Source of the DNA: Octopus sinensis
Taxonomy: Eukaryota
Direction: 5' to 3'
Length of the DNA stretch: 64,000 nt
Assembly (NCBI RefSeq): GCF_006345805.1
Contig: NC_043005.1
Location: 37,014,001-37,078,000, forward strand
Shown: positions 51,770 to 64,000 of the stretch, one piece after another
Layout of the letters: each line of letters begins with the position of its first letter
Position numbering within the stretch: position 1 is the stretch's first letter
Translations under genes and position numbers: made by a program
The notes under the pieces: model-generated
The model's database searches: none
The model's input: only the letters and a program-made list of their open reading frames with translations
Told to the model about the DNA's origin: nothing

Positions 51770-52105
51770 TTCCCAACCACACGTGTGGTACCTCGAGCAG
51801 GTATCTTCTACTATGGCCCCAGGCCAACGTATACTTTGTGAGAGGATTTCCGAAACGGAAACCGAAAGAAGCCTGTCGTATGGTGGGGGATGATGGAGAT
51901 ATTTGTGTCTTTATCCCACCACCATTTGACAACCAGCGATGGTTTGCTTACGTTCCAATAAGTTAGCGGTTCGGCTAAAGAAACCGATAGAATAAGTACC
52001 AGATTTTAGAAAAAATAACTCCTGGGGTCGATTTGTTCGACCCAAACACTCCAAGACGATGCCCCAGCATGACCGCTGTCCGATGATTGAAACAAGTAAA
52101 AAAAA
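51770..52105 (+). mobile_element. SINE family 2
   Basis: gagcaggtatcttctactatggcc...gacaaccagcg...gatagaataagtacc...ctggggtcgatttgttcgac...gaaacaagtaaaa. Confidence 0.85.
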
Positions 52106-52259
52106 GCTAAAAGCTAATTGCATGATTTTAGGCATATGGTTAGCGATTGTCGAACTATGTTTTCGTTTTGTGAAGAAAATAATTATTGTTTTTCAACAAA
52201 GGTTTTAAGTGAGGCGACAAAGGAAAGATGGCCCTTTGAAGTATTGCCATATGGGTAAC

Positions 52260-53700
52260 ATGATTAACAAATTGGTATCCCTTGAAATTTGTTCAGGTTT
52301 CGTTTGAAGCTGATAGCATCGTTTTCTTTTTTGATTGTTTTAAGATAACGTTTAATAGAGCAGGGCCTGTTGAGGAAAAGAAATTGTGTTGCAGTGAATA
52401 TGTGTTGTGAACCTGACTTGCGTATGGCACGTGACCCCAGCCTTGGATGAATTCTGAATCTAACATTAAGGTCATTTGGGCAATGCTGGTTGTAGATTCT
52501 CAACATTATGCAAATGATGTAGCGCTCACGGCAGCACTGGAGAAAATAAAGTTTCAATGTTTTAAGGCGGCCCCAATAATCAAGATCAGTCGCGCCCTTA
52601 ATTCTTTAATGGATGCTTTCCAAAGTGACTCAGTTCTTGTAATATTTTATTTGGTGTGGGGAGACCACAAGGGGCAGCAGTACTCTAAGTATGGCCGTAC
52701 GAAGGAAGAAAAGGCGGGAATGATAGCATCGTGCTCTCTGAACCGGAAAGTTCTGAGGATCCAGGAGCGCATCCAGCGAGCCATATCAACTTTATTGTTA
52801 ATGTGGGCACTCCAGCTGATATTGTTGGCAACAATTACTCCTTAGTCCCTGATATTTTAAGTCGTTGAGAGTACTTCCCCTGAAGGAAGAGTATATGGTT
52901 GTTTGGGCATAGACTTTTTTTTCTAAAATGCTTCAGTTCAAATTTTCCCTCATTTAACTGCATTTTGTATTTTGCCGCGTGTAGATCAAACTGGAGTTTA
53001 CTTCGGTCCATTGATAATTTTCTGGAGCTTGGGGTCATCTACAAATATTTTCATTTTGCCGTGTTAGCTGACACTTGAAATGTTTATACATACTAGAAAG
53101 AGAAGTAGACCCAAAACAATCCCCCGGGGAACACCTCTGGTGACTTTTGTTGGATTTGAGTGGATTCCACCAGTCATAATATGTGTTCTGTTCACCAGAA
53201 ACTATTTAATCCAGTATCGTAGTTTTCCATAGATTCCAATAATTGAAACTTTGATAGAAGGATATTGTGGTCGACTCCATCGAACGCTTTGCTGAAGCCA
53301 AGATATATGACATCAGATTTTGAACCTGATCCCAAGGCTTTAAGGATATCATCAATGTAATGCAAGAACTGTGTTAGGAAGTCCCTGTCGCAGCGAAAGC
53401 CATGCTGGTTCAATTTAGAAGGTTATGGCTCTCCCGGACGCCAGTTATCTTTGATGTCGCCAGCCTTTCAAGCACTTCGATGATATGGGTGGGGGTGAGG
53501 AGATTGGCGGTGGCTAACTGCGTGCAACTTGCTTCAATTTTTGAATACCGGAATGATAGATTAGGATAAGAACTGTTTCGGTATGTAGCCTAAATCTAAA
53601 GAATTTCTCCAGAAATTGGTTAGAAGTGTTGTAGTTTGGTATTTAGACTCCTTCAGGATACTACCAGGGAATCTATCAGGGCCTACAGCAGAATAGCATT
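52260..53700 (-). pseudogene. CR1/L2-type LINE reverse transcriptase relic
   Basis: GPDRFPGSILK, NQHGFR, DVIYLGFSKAFDGVDHNILL, GVPRG..LG.LLF, IFVDD, VRPYLEYCCPLWSPH; frameshifted. Confidence 0.85.
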
Positions 53701-53817
53701 TGATTTTAATTTCATTTTTGTAGCAAATTGTTATTGTTTTATTGTATACACGAATTTTTGTGCTAAGCCCCACTTGTCCCTTGTAGCCAATGAAGAAATA
53801 ATTATTGTTATTATTAT

Positions 53818-54334
53818 TGAGTGAGAGAGCAGCGCATACCATCAAAGTGACTCTGGAGTACAAATATACGAAGCCCAATATACTCATCTTGACTACTCGT
53901 CTGAGAAGAGTACACCAGGCACATGCATCACAACCATATGTGCGCGACACGGTGATTCCATATCAAGATAAACAGTGCATGATCTTGCAGGTGGAACTCA
54001 GAATTTTCTTCAGGTTGAGTAGCCCGTCTCACTCTAAAGGTCCCTGTATAAGTTTTGTTTAAGGATAAATGAAACATTTATGTTTCCAGAGGTGAATTAT
54101 TCAAATTCAGCACACGGCTATGATGTTCCTCCTCTACTTCTGCTCATGATCAGAGATGCACATATCGTCAGCCAGGAAGGGGGCATGCTCAACTGGCTAC
54201 GGTCAAGCAACTGACAAGCAAACTTTTGGTATTGCGCAGAATATTTTATACCAAGACAAACATTTGTATGATAGCACTTCCAATCAGTTGAGATCAAAAG
54301 CTATGAGAGCCACTACTTGGTGCTGCGTCAGGGA

Positions 54335-54337
<3 letters not shown>
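53818..54337 (-). mobile_element. ~510-bp non-coding element between (ATT)n tracts, homolog of 41572-42082
   Basis: gagtgagagagcag...catcaaagtgac...cttccaatcagtt.agatca..agc. Confidence 0.8.
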
Positions 54338-54416
<79 letters not shown>

Positions 54417-54418
<2 letters not shown>

Positions 54419-54625
54419 GCTGACAGATATGTTAGCCCGCCGGGCAAAATGCTTTGTTACATTTCATCCGTCTTGACGTTCTGAGTTCAAATTCCGCCGA
54501 GGTTGGCTTTGCATTTTATCCTTCCGGGTCAATAAAATAAGTACCAGTTGAGTACTGGGGTCGACGTATTCGACTCATCCCCCAGCCCCGAAATTGTTGG
54601 CTTTGGGCCAAAAATTGAAACAATT
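54417..54625 (+). mobile_element. SINE family 1
   Basis: ctgagttcaaattccgccgagg...aaaataagtaccagttgagtactggggtcgac. Confidence 0.85.
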
Positions 54626-54650
54626 ATTATTATTATTATTGTTATTAATA

Positions 54651-54932
54651 AGGCGGCGACCTGGCAGACTTCTTAGAATGCCGGACAAAATGCTTAGCGA
54701 TATTTCATTTATCTGCAAGGCGGCGAGCTGGCAGAATCGTTAGCACGCCGGGTGAAATGCTTAGCTGTATTTCGGTCGTCGCTACGTTTTGAGTTCAAAT
54801 TTCGCCGAGGTTGACTTTACTTTTCATCCTTTTGGGTCTATGAATGAAGTGCCAGTGAAAAACACTGGGGTCGATGAAATCGACTTGTCCCCTCTCCACA
54901 AATTTCAGGCCTTGTGTTTTCAGTAGAAACGA
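54651..54932 (+). mobile_element. SINE family 1 head (54651-54715) followed by a full copy (54717-54932) with (ATT)n tail
   Basis: aaggcggcga twice; full copy ends aaatttcaggccttgtg...gtagaaacgattatc. Confidence 0.85.
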
Positions 54933-54956
54933 TTATCATTATTATTATTATCATTA

Positions 54957-55022
<66 letters not shown>

Positions 55023-55029
55023 CATTATT

Positions 55030-55303
55030 ATTGTCATTCACTAGTTTTATTTTTATAGCGTGCTTTCACTTCACTACCGAGCGCAGCTCTGTTGCCTTAG
55101 GTATGTACTGTGATTGTTGTGATGCTCTGATGGTTATTGTATGGAAAGTGTTCTGCGCAGGATGTGTGCAGTGCCTAGTAGTGCAATTTTCTGTATGTTA
55201 TAAAAAAATTGCACTACTAGGCACTGCACAATCCTACGCAGAACACTTTCCATACAATAACCATCAGAGCATCACAAACAAATCACAGCACATACCTAAG
55301 GCA
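55030..55303. repeat. hairpin made of two R4/Dong subfamily D 3' ends (arms 55093-55190 and 55205-55303)
   Basis: tgccttagg...gtgcaatttt, 14-nt loop, aaaattgcac...cctaaggca. Confidence 0.88.
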
Positions 55304-55322
55304 CATATTATTATTACTATTA

Positions 55323-58300
55323 TTCAGTAGTTCATTTTTTTATAGCGTGCTTTCACTTCACTACCGGGCGCAGCTCTGTGTGCCTTGGGTATGTGTTTGT
55401 TTGTTGTGATGCTCTGATGGTTATTGTATGGAACGTGTTCTGCGTAGGATGTGTGCTGTGCCCAGTAGTGCAATTTTTGTATGTTATATGTGTTTGTAAG
55501 TCCTGGTGTTTGTTATGTATTTTTCTGAATATTTTTTTATCATGCCTAATGCACCTACTATGATAGGAATTGTTTCTGTTTTCAGATTCCACATTCTAGT
55601 TACCTCTATTTCCAGGTCTTTGTATTTTGAGAGTTTCTCCATTTCTTTAGAGGCACGTGTCATCTGCCGGTATTGATACATCAATTAGAAAGCATTTTTT
55701 CTTCATGATCTCTGACAACTATATCTGGTCTGTTGGTCTTAATTTCTCTATCTGTGGGTATCGGCATATCCCAGAGTATGGTTGCTTTCTCGTTTTCTGT
55801 GACCTTTCTGGTGTGGCCTATACCATCTTTTTTCTGTTGTTATTCCATAATGTTGGCATAGCTTCCAATGTTTGTAGGTTCCAACTCTGTCATGTCTGTG
55901 AATATATTCCTTCTTAGCCAGGACTGGGCAGCTAGAGATAATATGATTTATTGTTCTTGTCCATCTCCACATATTCTGCAGTTACTTGTAATATTTCTTT
56001 TCATTACATGTTTTTGGTAATTTCTGGTGAGGAGGCTTTGGTCTTGTGCTGCAATTAAAAATCCTTCTGTTTCTGCTTTGAGTCCTGAGCTTCTTAACCA
56101 TTGCTGGGATTTTTCTTTGTCTATTTCTTTTGCGTTTAGTTTAGTCCAGTATTTACCATGAAGGGGCTTTTCTTGCCATCGTTTTATCATGGTACGTTGC
56201 TGTTCTATTTTCAGTTTGGATTTCATTTGTTTTATAGCTTTTGTTGTTTCTTCATCTTCTTCTTCTTCTTCTTCTTCTTATTTTCTTCTTCTTCTTCTTC
56301 TTCTTCTTCTTCTTCTTCTCGTATTCTTCTTCTTCTTCTTCTTCTTCTCTTCTTCCTGTTTATTAGGTGGTATGATTCTTGTTGTATTGTCAGCTTCCTT
56401 AAATACTGAGAACAGTTTTTTTGTTTTGCTCGTGTTTTGCCGCTATTGTATCAGTTTTCTTCCTTCTGAAGTAGATATTTTTGCAGTCCTATGGTGGTTA
56501 TTTTATAGTAGTTTCCAGCTTTATAAGGCCTCTACCACCTTCTATACGTTGTATATATATAGTCTATGTCAGATTTTGGGTGATGCATTCTAGATCCTGT
56601 CATTATTTTTCTTGTTTTCCTATCTATTTTGGTCAGTTCATTTCGTGTCCAGTTAAGGATATTGTAGCTGTAACTTATAACTGGACAGCTAAAGTGGTGA
56701 TACCTATTATCTTGTTTTTAGCATTGAGCTCTGTTTTTAGTATTGATCTAACTCGTCTATAATATTCTTTTTTATTTTTCTTTCATTTGTGTGTGTTGTG
56801 TCTTATCTAGTTCATGGATTCCTAAGTATTTGTAAGTTGGCTTTGGTCTAATTCTTTTATTTCATTGGTTTTATCTAGTGTGATGTTGCTACTCTTAACT
56901 AGTTTTCCTCTTTTCATGGTACTTTGGCGCATTTTTCTAATCCAAATTTCATATCTATTTCTTTGGTAAATCCATGAACTGTCTTTAATAGTGTTTCCAG
57001 CTGTTGTCATTTGCAGCGTATAGTTTTAGGTCATCCATATATAAAAGGTGGCTGATCGTTTTGCCGTAACATTTATATCCGCATCCAGTTCTATTTAGCA
57101 TATCAGATAGAGGTGACAGTGCCAAGCAGAAAGGAGTGGAGAGAGCGTGTCTCCCTGGAATATTCCTCTTCTAATGGGGATGTCTTTGGTTTTCATGAGT
57201 CCCTTTTTGTTTGGAGGTGTAGATTGTTTGCCATTTATTCATAGAGTGCTCTATGAATTTTATGATTGTTGGTGCTACTTTGTTAATGGCTAGTGTTTCG
57301 AGGATCCATGTGTGGGGGATGCTATCAAACGCCTTTTTGTAGTCAATCCAGGCCATACTGAGGCTTTCTTCTTTCTGTGGCTGTCTTCAGTTATGGCTTA
57401 TTAATCATTAGTTGATTTTACAGCCATATGAGCCTTTGCGGCATCCTTTCTGCTCTTCTGGGAACAGTTTGTTTTCGTCCAGGTGCTTGTTCAACCTTTG
57501 CGATATACTGCAGTAAATGCCTTGAACATAGTAGGGAGGCAGGTTATTGGTCTGTAGTTTTCTGGTTTTGCTGTTTATTTGATTTGGGATTATTAATAAG
57601 ATGGTTTTCCCCTCGTGAGCCATTCAGGCATTGTCTCTGGCTCTGCTAGTATGCTGTTAAAGTTTTCAGCCAGCTTTTTGTGCATTCCTGTTAGATATTT
57701 CAACCAGAAGTTGGGGATCTTGTCATGCCCAGGTGCCTTCCAGTTGCTTAGTCTTTGCAGTGCCTGGGTGACCTCTTCAGTTGTTATGGGAGCCCAAAGT
57801 TGTTCAGATGCCGAGTTTGTTATTTTGATACTCCTTTTATTTGGTTGTTCGTTCGCCGACCATATTTCTCTCCAGAATTCTTCCAATTATTCTGCCGTTG
57901 GTGCTGCAGTGACTTCTTGGTAGAACTTTTTGGGGTTGGAGTTGAACTTTTTGTTTTGTTCAAAGAAGCGTTGGCGTTTCTCGTACCGGCGGATCCTTTG
58001 TGCTTTGGCAAGGATATCTTGCTTCAGCTTTTCTTTTATCTCAGGCAAATCTTTCTCTGTGATGTTATATTTGCGGAGTATTTTTGTTTTCTTTTTGTTG
58101 CTCAGTAGCGTTGATTGTTTGCTGATTTCATTAAGAATCGACAGATCTTTTCTAATTTTCTGTATTTTATTTTGGATGTTATTTATCCACAGGGTTTGTT
58201 TGGGTGGTGGTACTCCTGTTTGGACGGGTTTGATTGAGTATCCAGCTTCTTTTGTGGCTGCAGTGGCTGCTGCGTATATTAAGTCATGTGGCTGCAGTGG

Positions 58301-58351
58301 CTGCTGCGTATATTAAGTCATGTGGCTGCAGTGGCTGCTGCGTATATTAAG

Positions 58352-58354
<3 letters not shown>
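55323..58354 (-). pseudogene. R4/Dong-type LINE subfamily D, ~3 kb, 5'-truncated, frameshifted RT-CCHC-REL ORF
   Basis: DLIYAAA, KAPGHDKIPNFWLK, AWIDYKKAFDSIPH, RGIFQGDTLSP, ISHLLYMDDLKLY (~57017-57057), CRICGDG, HIISSCP, RHDRVG, KYKDLEIEVTRMW, IPIIVGALG; internal (GAA)n expansion near 56240-56350; (TAA)n at both ends. Confidence 0.93.
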
Positions 58355-58391
<37 letters not shown>

Positions 58392-58862
58392 CATTATTAT
58401 TATTATTATTATGTTCAACGTTTTTTTTTCTTGTTTCCAACAAGTTTCCTTTTACTAATTTGCTTCGATTTATATTGCCTCAATCCTCCCGCCCACCCGA
58501 CCCATCGACAAGAATTAGTTCTTTATTTCGTCAAAACGGATATATAGCACACAGTGGAATTTTCAGGACAATTGCCAGATCATTTACAACCTTGCTGCAA
58601 TGTCGTCGTTAATGTAAATTATTTTGTTAGTTTACAAACTGGAATTCGTGCCCACCCCCTTCGACTAAGTATATACGTGTGTGTGTGGGGAGGGTGTATG
58701 TATATCTGTATAACTGCATACATCCATGCATATCCAAACATATCCATATGATCTGGATTAGATCATAGTTTCTTGCTTTGTCAGATGCTAAACTCTTCAA
58801 ACAGTTTTGATGGCTTTATGAATGTGTCATCTCTCTGTCTCCATTGCAAGTGTCTTTATAAC

Positions 58863-58869
<7 letters not shown>

Positions 58870-58920
<51 letters not shown>

Positions 58921-59057
58921 ATATATGTACACACATATACATAAATAGATACATACATACATGCATACATACTTACATACATACATAAATACACATACAT
59001 ACATATATATACATATATATATATATACATACATACATACATACATACATACATACA

Positions 59058-59090
<33 letters not shown>

Positions 59091-59110
59091 GTGTGTGTGT
59101 GTGTGTGTGT
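58870..59110. repeat. (TA)n/(CATA)n/(TG)n compound microsatellite
   Basis: Direct reading. Confidence 0.95.
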
Positions 59111-59195
59111 GTACATAGATACATATGCATACATACACACATATTATTGAAAGGGCATCTTCCATTCATTCGTCCGATATAAACCAACGTACTTA

Positions 59196-59253
<58 letters not shown>

Positions 59254-59764
59254 AGGTAAAAGTTTTTATTTTTCATTCCTTTTGAAGATTGCTCTTAAAT
59301 GTGGTTTTGGTCGTTTTGACTACTTCTAGCGTGTAAAAACTGCCTGTCAAAGGCAGTTTTCTCTTGTGTTTAAACGTACACTATAGATATATTATATATA
59401 GATATATATATATAGATATATATATATATATCACCTGCTGTGTGTACATACGTATGTATGCGTGTATGCATGTTCTTCTCTTTCTCTATGTTAGAGTAAA
59501 TTTTGACCGGTCACCTACATAGCAAGGTTGTGATCAAAAGTAACTTCTTTTTAACCATCATCTTTTAAATCTTAAGAAGGTCTTGCAGATTTTTGCATGT
59601 ATATATACATGTATGTATGTATGTATGTATGTATGTATGTATGTATGTATGTATGTATGTATGTATTATGTATGTATTATGTATGTATGTATGTATGTAT
59701 GTATGTATGTATGTATGTATGTATGTATGTATGTATGTGCGTACATACGTATGTATGTGTTTAT

Positions 59765-60095
59765 TTTATAATTCAGTTTTGTTTCAAAATCTCTTGCCAA
59801 GACAGAAAAAGGGTCGACTTCTAAGCTAGATCCAAGGCTGCTTCATTCGAATTTCACTAATGTTTGCAGGGTATTTGTAATGTATCCATGTAAGTATGTT
59901 TTCATATAGTATCTGGAGTCAGTACATATGCATATTTGTATGTTTTGTTTTATGTATGTATTCTCATGCATATGCGCATATATACTTGACTACTAAACTT
60001 ATGGAAAGTTTTACAAATTCATACAAATCCATTGATGATTTGGATCTCTAATCTTCGAATCAGCTTTCTACATTCTGGTTTTGAGAAGATGTATA
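59765..60095 (-). mobile_element. R4/Dong subfamily B 3' end
   Basis: ttcagttttgtttcaaaatctcttgcc...gatccaaggc...ggaaagtttt...ttctggttttgagaag, as in 16707-17070. Confidence 0.75.
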
Positions 60096-60534
60096 CATGT
60101 ACGTTTGTATGCTTGTCAGTGTGCATAATGCATAATTTTCTGTATATTTATAAGTTCTTATATGTTCCTCTATGTATACGTGATGCATGATATCTATCCA
60201 GTGTCAAGCTACAAGACACACAACCGGAAGGAGGGCTGTGCCTAAGATTTACAGGCTGGCAACAAATGTTTCCTAGATGGATCGGTTGGTTTGAGGAAGA
60301 ATTGTAAACAGCGTATAAACACAGGATGGTAATGGTCGTTAGTGGTTTCTGATAGAGGTTTTGGATGGATGGGTTGGTAGATGGTCACTCTGTGATTCTT
60401 ATACGGTTACAAAATAACTGAACTGCTGTCAGGGCGAGGGTGCTACTTAAATAGTTTTTGTTAGTATATTGATTTTCAGTCTGATACAATATTTATCGAT
60501 CTCTATCGAATCAGTGCCATATTTCAAAATCTTT

Positions 60535-60925
60535 TACCTTTTATTCGTTTCATTCATTGGACCGCGGCCATGCTGAGGCACCACCCCATTGAAGAGTTTC
60601 ATCGAACAAATCGACACCCGTACTTATTCTTAAGCTTGGTATTTATTATGTCGGTTTCTTTTGTCAATTTGCTAAGCTATGGTGACGTAGACAAACGAAA
60701 ACCAGTTACCAAACGGTGCATGAAGACAAACAAGAAAGATACACACACATATATATATATACACATACACCCACATACATATATGCATGAACACACAGAC
60801 AGTCATGCCGGACTTTGTTCACGGTCTCTATCAACCAAATTCTTTGACATGGCATTGGTTGGTGCAGGACGATAACAGAAGACACTTGCCCAAGGTGCTG
60901 TGCAATGCAGCAGAATCCGAAAAAA
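60535..60925 (-). mobile_element. SINE family 2
   Basis: gcggccatgctgaggcacc...gaacaaatcgac...gaagacacttgcccaaggtgc. Confidence 0.75.
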
Positions 60926-61040
60926 CACTTCGTGATTGTTTTATTTGCTTCTGTCTTTTTACATGAAGCAACTCGAAGCTCAAGTTCATACTAGTAAATA
61001 TAAATGCAAAGATATGCAATTATATATGCACATGCACACA

Positions 61041-61106
<66 letters not shown>

Positions 61107-61729
61107 TCCACAAGATAATCATTTATTCCTTTGTCATTTCTTTCTTTCTTTTTATATATATAATAGTAACAATAATCCTTGAAAGGAATGTATAAACATG
61201 TAATGCATTGCTACGCACGTTTCCACAAAACACATGTCTCTTAATATCACAGTCCATACTCCTGGAATGATTACAGTGTCGTCCGTATTATCCGTGGGCA
61301 TCGGGTAGATCATCTTCATGGATTCATTTCTTCAGCTGATATAACATTAATGGATGTTTATCCTTTATATCTATATATATTATATCTATCTATCCATCTA
61401 TGTATATCTATCTATCTATCTATCTATCTATATATATATATATATATATACGCGCGCGCACACATTACACACACACGCACACACACATCTCACACACACA
61501 CATCACTCACACATCACACACACACATCACACATACACACACACACACATCTGAAGATGAGCTAAGAGAAATAACTAACAACTCAGTGGCCACTAGCAGT
61601 ATGAATGTAGACAATAGAGATATAGTTATAAGTCAAAGCGCCATAGGAAGATACATGGTAAATTCTTTCTGTACTGACATTAGGTGCAAAATTGGCTGTG
61701 AGGTAAAGAAGATTGTTTTGTAACTAATT

Positions 61730-61860
61730 GGTTTGGGGACACTCCCACTTTACAGAACCTTGAGCAAGTGTTTTCTACTATAGCCCCAGACCGACCTATC
61801 CTTTGTTAGTGAATATGGCAAATGGAAACTGTAAAAATACGTTGCACAAATAGATGTGTG
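61730..61860 (+). mobile_element. SINE family 2 fragment
   Basis: ccttgagcaagtgttttctactatagccccagaccgacc...ggaaactg. Confidence 0.7.
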
Positions 61861-61868
61861 CGTGTACA

Positions 61869-61899
<31 letters not shown>

Positions 61900-62173
61900 A
61901 AATAAGAATTTACAATCATTGAGAGATACGAAGCAAACTATTTTTAATGGTGGAACTTGATAAAGCTTATAAATTATAGCGCGTGAAATAATCGGTCAAA
62001 AAAAAAATTGGGACAAACCAACTTTTTTCACCCAGTAATCTACACGCTGATAGTTATGGCTTTATCTACTTCGAGTTCCATCGTTGAAAAGAACTTCGTA
62101 TATGTACGTACGTAAGTATGCATGCATGTACATATATCTGTACATATAAATAAATGTATATACATTTGTGTGT

Positions 62174-62256
<83 letters not shown>

Positions 62257-62624
62257 TGTGCATAGGTGTTTGTATTATACAAATAGAATCTCTCATGTGT
62301 AATTCCACTAAATAGCATACGAATATATGCATAGATGCATTCAAACACATACTTATATACATAAATATATACACACACAAACGTATTTATATTCTTGCAT
62401 ACATACTGACAATCAGATAAATATCTGGTACATATATAAATCGTATGTATATATATATATGCAAGTGTATATGTACGTATGTATGCATGTACTTATGCTT
62501 GTACGTATGTATATAAGTGAGTCTATATATATATGTGTGTGTGTGTGTGTTTGTATGAATGTGTATAAGTGAGTGTTATAGTAATAGAATTTGTCATGTG
62601 TAATCCCACTAAATAGCACACGAG

Positions 62625-62682
<58 letters not shown>

Positions 62683-62684
<2 letters not shown>

Positions 62685-63156
62685 GAATTGAAGAAATGGA
62701 GCTGAACGCAGATTGAACAGAAATCGTTTTATTTCATTCTACACGTGTTTCGAAAGGCACAAATTACCAAAATCCGATTGAATAATGGGACCATATTGTG
62801 TCTTTCTCTTCAGGAAGAAAATAGGAAATCCGTTGGAAAAACAAAAACAGAACAGAGGCGGAGCAAAAACAAATCGAACTATGCTCCTAAGAGCCCATTA
62901 TTCAATCGGATTTTGGTAATTTGTGCCTTTCGAAACACGTGTAGAATGAAATAAAACGATTTCTGTTCAATCTGCGTTCAGCTCCATTTCTTCAATTCAC
63001 CAATAATGTTTTAATTTCAATTATCCGCACCAACGCACGGTTGCAACACCATATGGTTGTACCTCCAACCGTGCTGTTTACTGCTGTGATTTTTGCTACT
63101 AAGGTATCGGTTAAACTTTTGATTAATCTACTACAAGATTATTCATCTTTCTATTT

Positions 63157-63160
<4 letters not shown>
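62683..63160 (-). mobile_element. (TA)n-embedded, probably Penelope-like or retrozyme-like element: perfect 107-bp inverted arms (62683-62789, 62894-63000), 104-bp loop, 160-bp tail
   Basis: Arms checked base by base; tail matches 45289-45445; contains a hammerhead fold; the family assignment is inference. Confidence 0.8.
62730..62823 (-). ncRNA. type I hammerhead ribozyme with extended stem II
   Basis: Minus strand: tattttcttc CTGAAGA gaaag-a-cacaa [33 nt] ttgtg-c-ctttc GAAA c-acgt-g TA gaatgaaata; stem I 9/10 paired; G10.1-C11.1; GUA triplet, predicted cut between 62740 and 62739. Confidence 0.75.
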
Positions 63161-63187
<27 letters not shown>

Positions 63188-63712
63188 AGGTACTTAAACA
63201 CATACATACTTGTATACATAAATATAAACCCACGCATAAACGTATTTATATGCCTGCACACATACAAACAGACATATCTATGGTACATATATATAAATCG
63301 TATTAAAAATGAATATTGATAAAGTGAAAAATGACAGTACATTAAGTTAAATATCCCTTTAATGTGTTTATGTCAATCACCCCACCTTACCATTTATGAT
63401 AAGGAAAGTTATCAACGCTCTCTTTCTCAATATAAATACGCAGATAGACACACACACACACGCACACACACACACACAAACAAACACACACACACACATA
63501 CTCACAAACATACACACACACATACACACACATGCAAGTACGCAGTGATTGTTACGGAATGCAAATATACCTACTAGTGAAAATCAGTAGCTAACTGGAA
63601 TAGAAACTGTGTCGATGTGAAAGCTGGTGGACCTAGTGCTTCAAGATAAGGTTCCAGCGATATACAAACACACACATGCATATACATGCACACACACACG
63701 TATGCATATACA

Positions 63713-63753
<41 letters not shown>

Positions 63754-64000
63754 ACATGCACACACATGCATGAAGATTTGTCGGTAAAATGTTAAATACA
63801 TGCAGCGAGACTTCTGGTAGACTGCATTGAGAAACGTTATATTTCTTGGTAGAAATGTTAAGTTTCTTAACTTTGTTCCACGTTGGGAGAATCGTTTTCA
63901 ACATATCCGACAAAATTCTTCTTTGGCGGGTAAGAAAATTACTCGAAACATCAGAGACGCTTCTCCCAATGTCATGTGAACTCCATAAATTATACGTGGA

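Noticed and set aside
58253-58354. CRISPR-like appearance of 34-bp repeats
   Set aside because: Repeats are contiguous without spacers, lie inside a LINE ORF, and the context is eukaryotic
58467-58493. GC box plus TATAAAT on the minus strand
   Set aside because: Short motifs, spacing not diagnostic, no identified downstream exon
61550-61705. Open stretch SEDELREITNNSVATSSMNVDNRDIV...GCE ending at GAG|gtaaag
   Set aside because: No acceptor (preceded by CA repeats) and no homology
63853-63929. Plus-strand exon-like segment NVKFLNFVPRWENRFQHIRQNSSLA with a gtaaga donor
   Set aside because: Short, no recognisable family, cannot be linked to other exons

Overview
AT-rich, microsatellite-dense eukaryotic DNA. 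The repeat content (tRNA-derived SINE families, R4/Dong-type LINEs in (TAA)n, long (TA)n/(CA)n/(TATG)n tracts) looks like an octopus/cephalopod genome; this is inferred from recognition, not a search. No host protein-coding gene could be identified with confidence, and nearly all ORFs in the supplied track are translated microsatellites. Supported content: many SINEs, several restriction-like-endonuclease (R4/Dong-type) LINE fragments including a ~3 kb copy, a Tx1-like and a CR1-like LINE relic, a mariner-derived palindrome, and many fold-back structures. The most notable signal is two type I hammerhead ribozyme folds with intact catalytic cores in short (TA)n-embedded elements (31434-31494 +; 62730-62823 -). 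The second overlaps a perfect 107-bp inverted repeat that supplies its own antisense, and a core-less perfect-palindrome sister copy lies at 45.4 kb. Also notable: a ~4.9 kb inverted-repeat structure (19330-24211) and a possible decayed coding region (36.6-38.8 kb, -). All structures were read and paired by hand, and many repeat boundaries are approximate.
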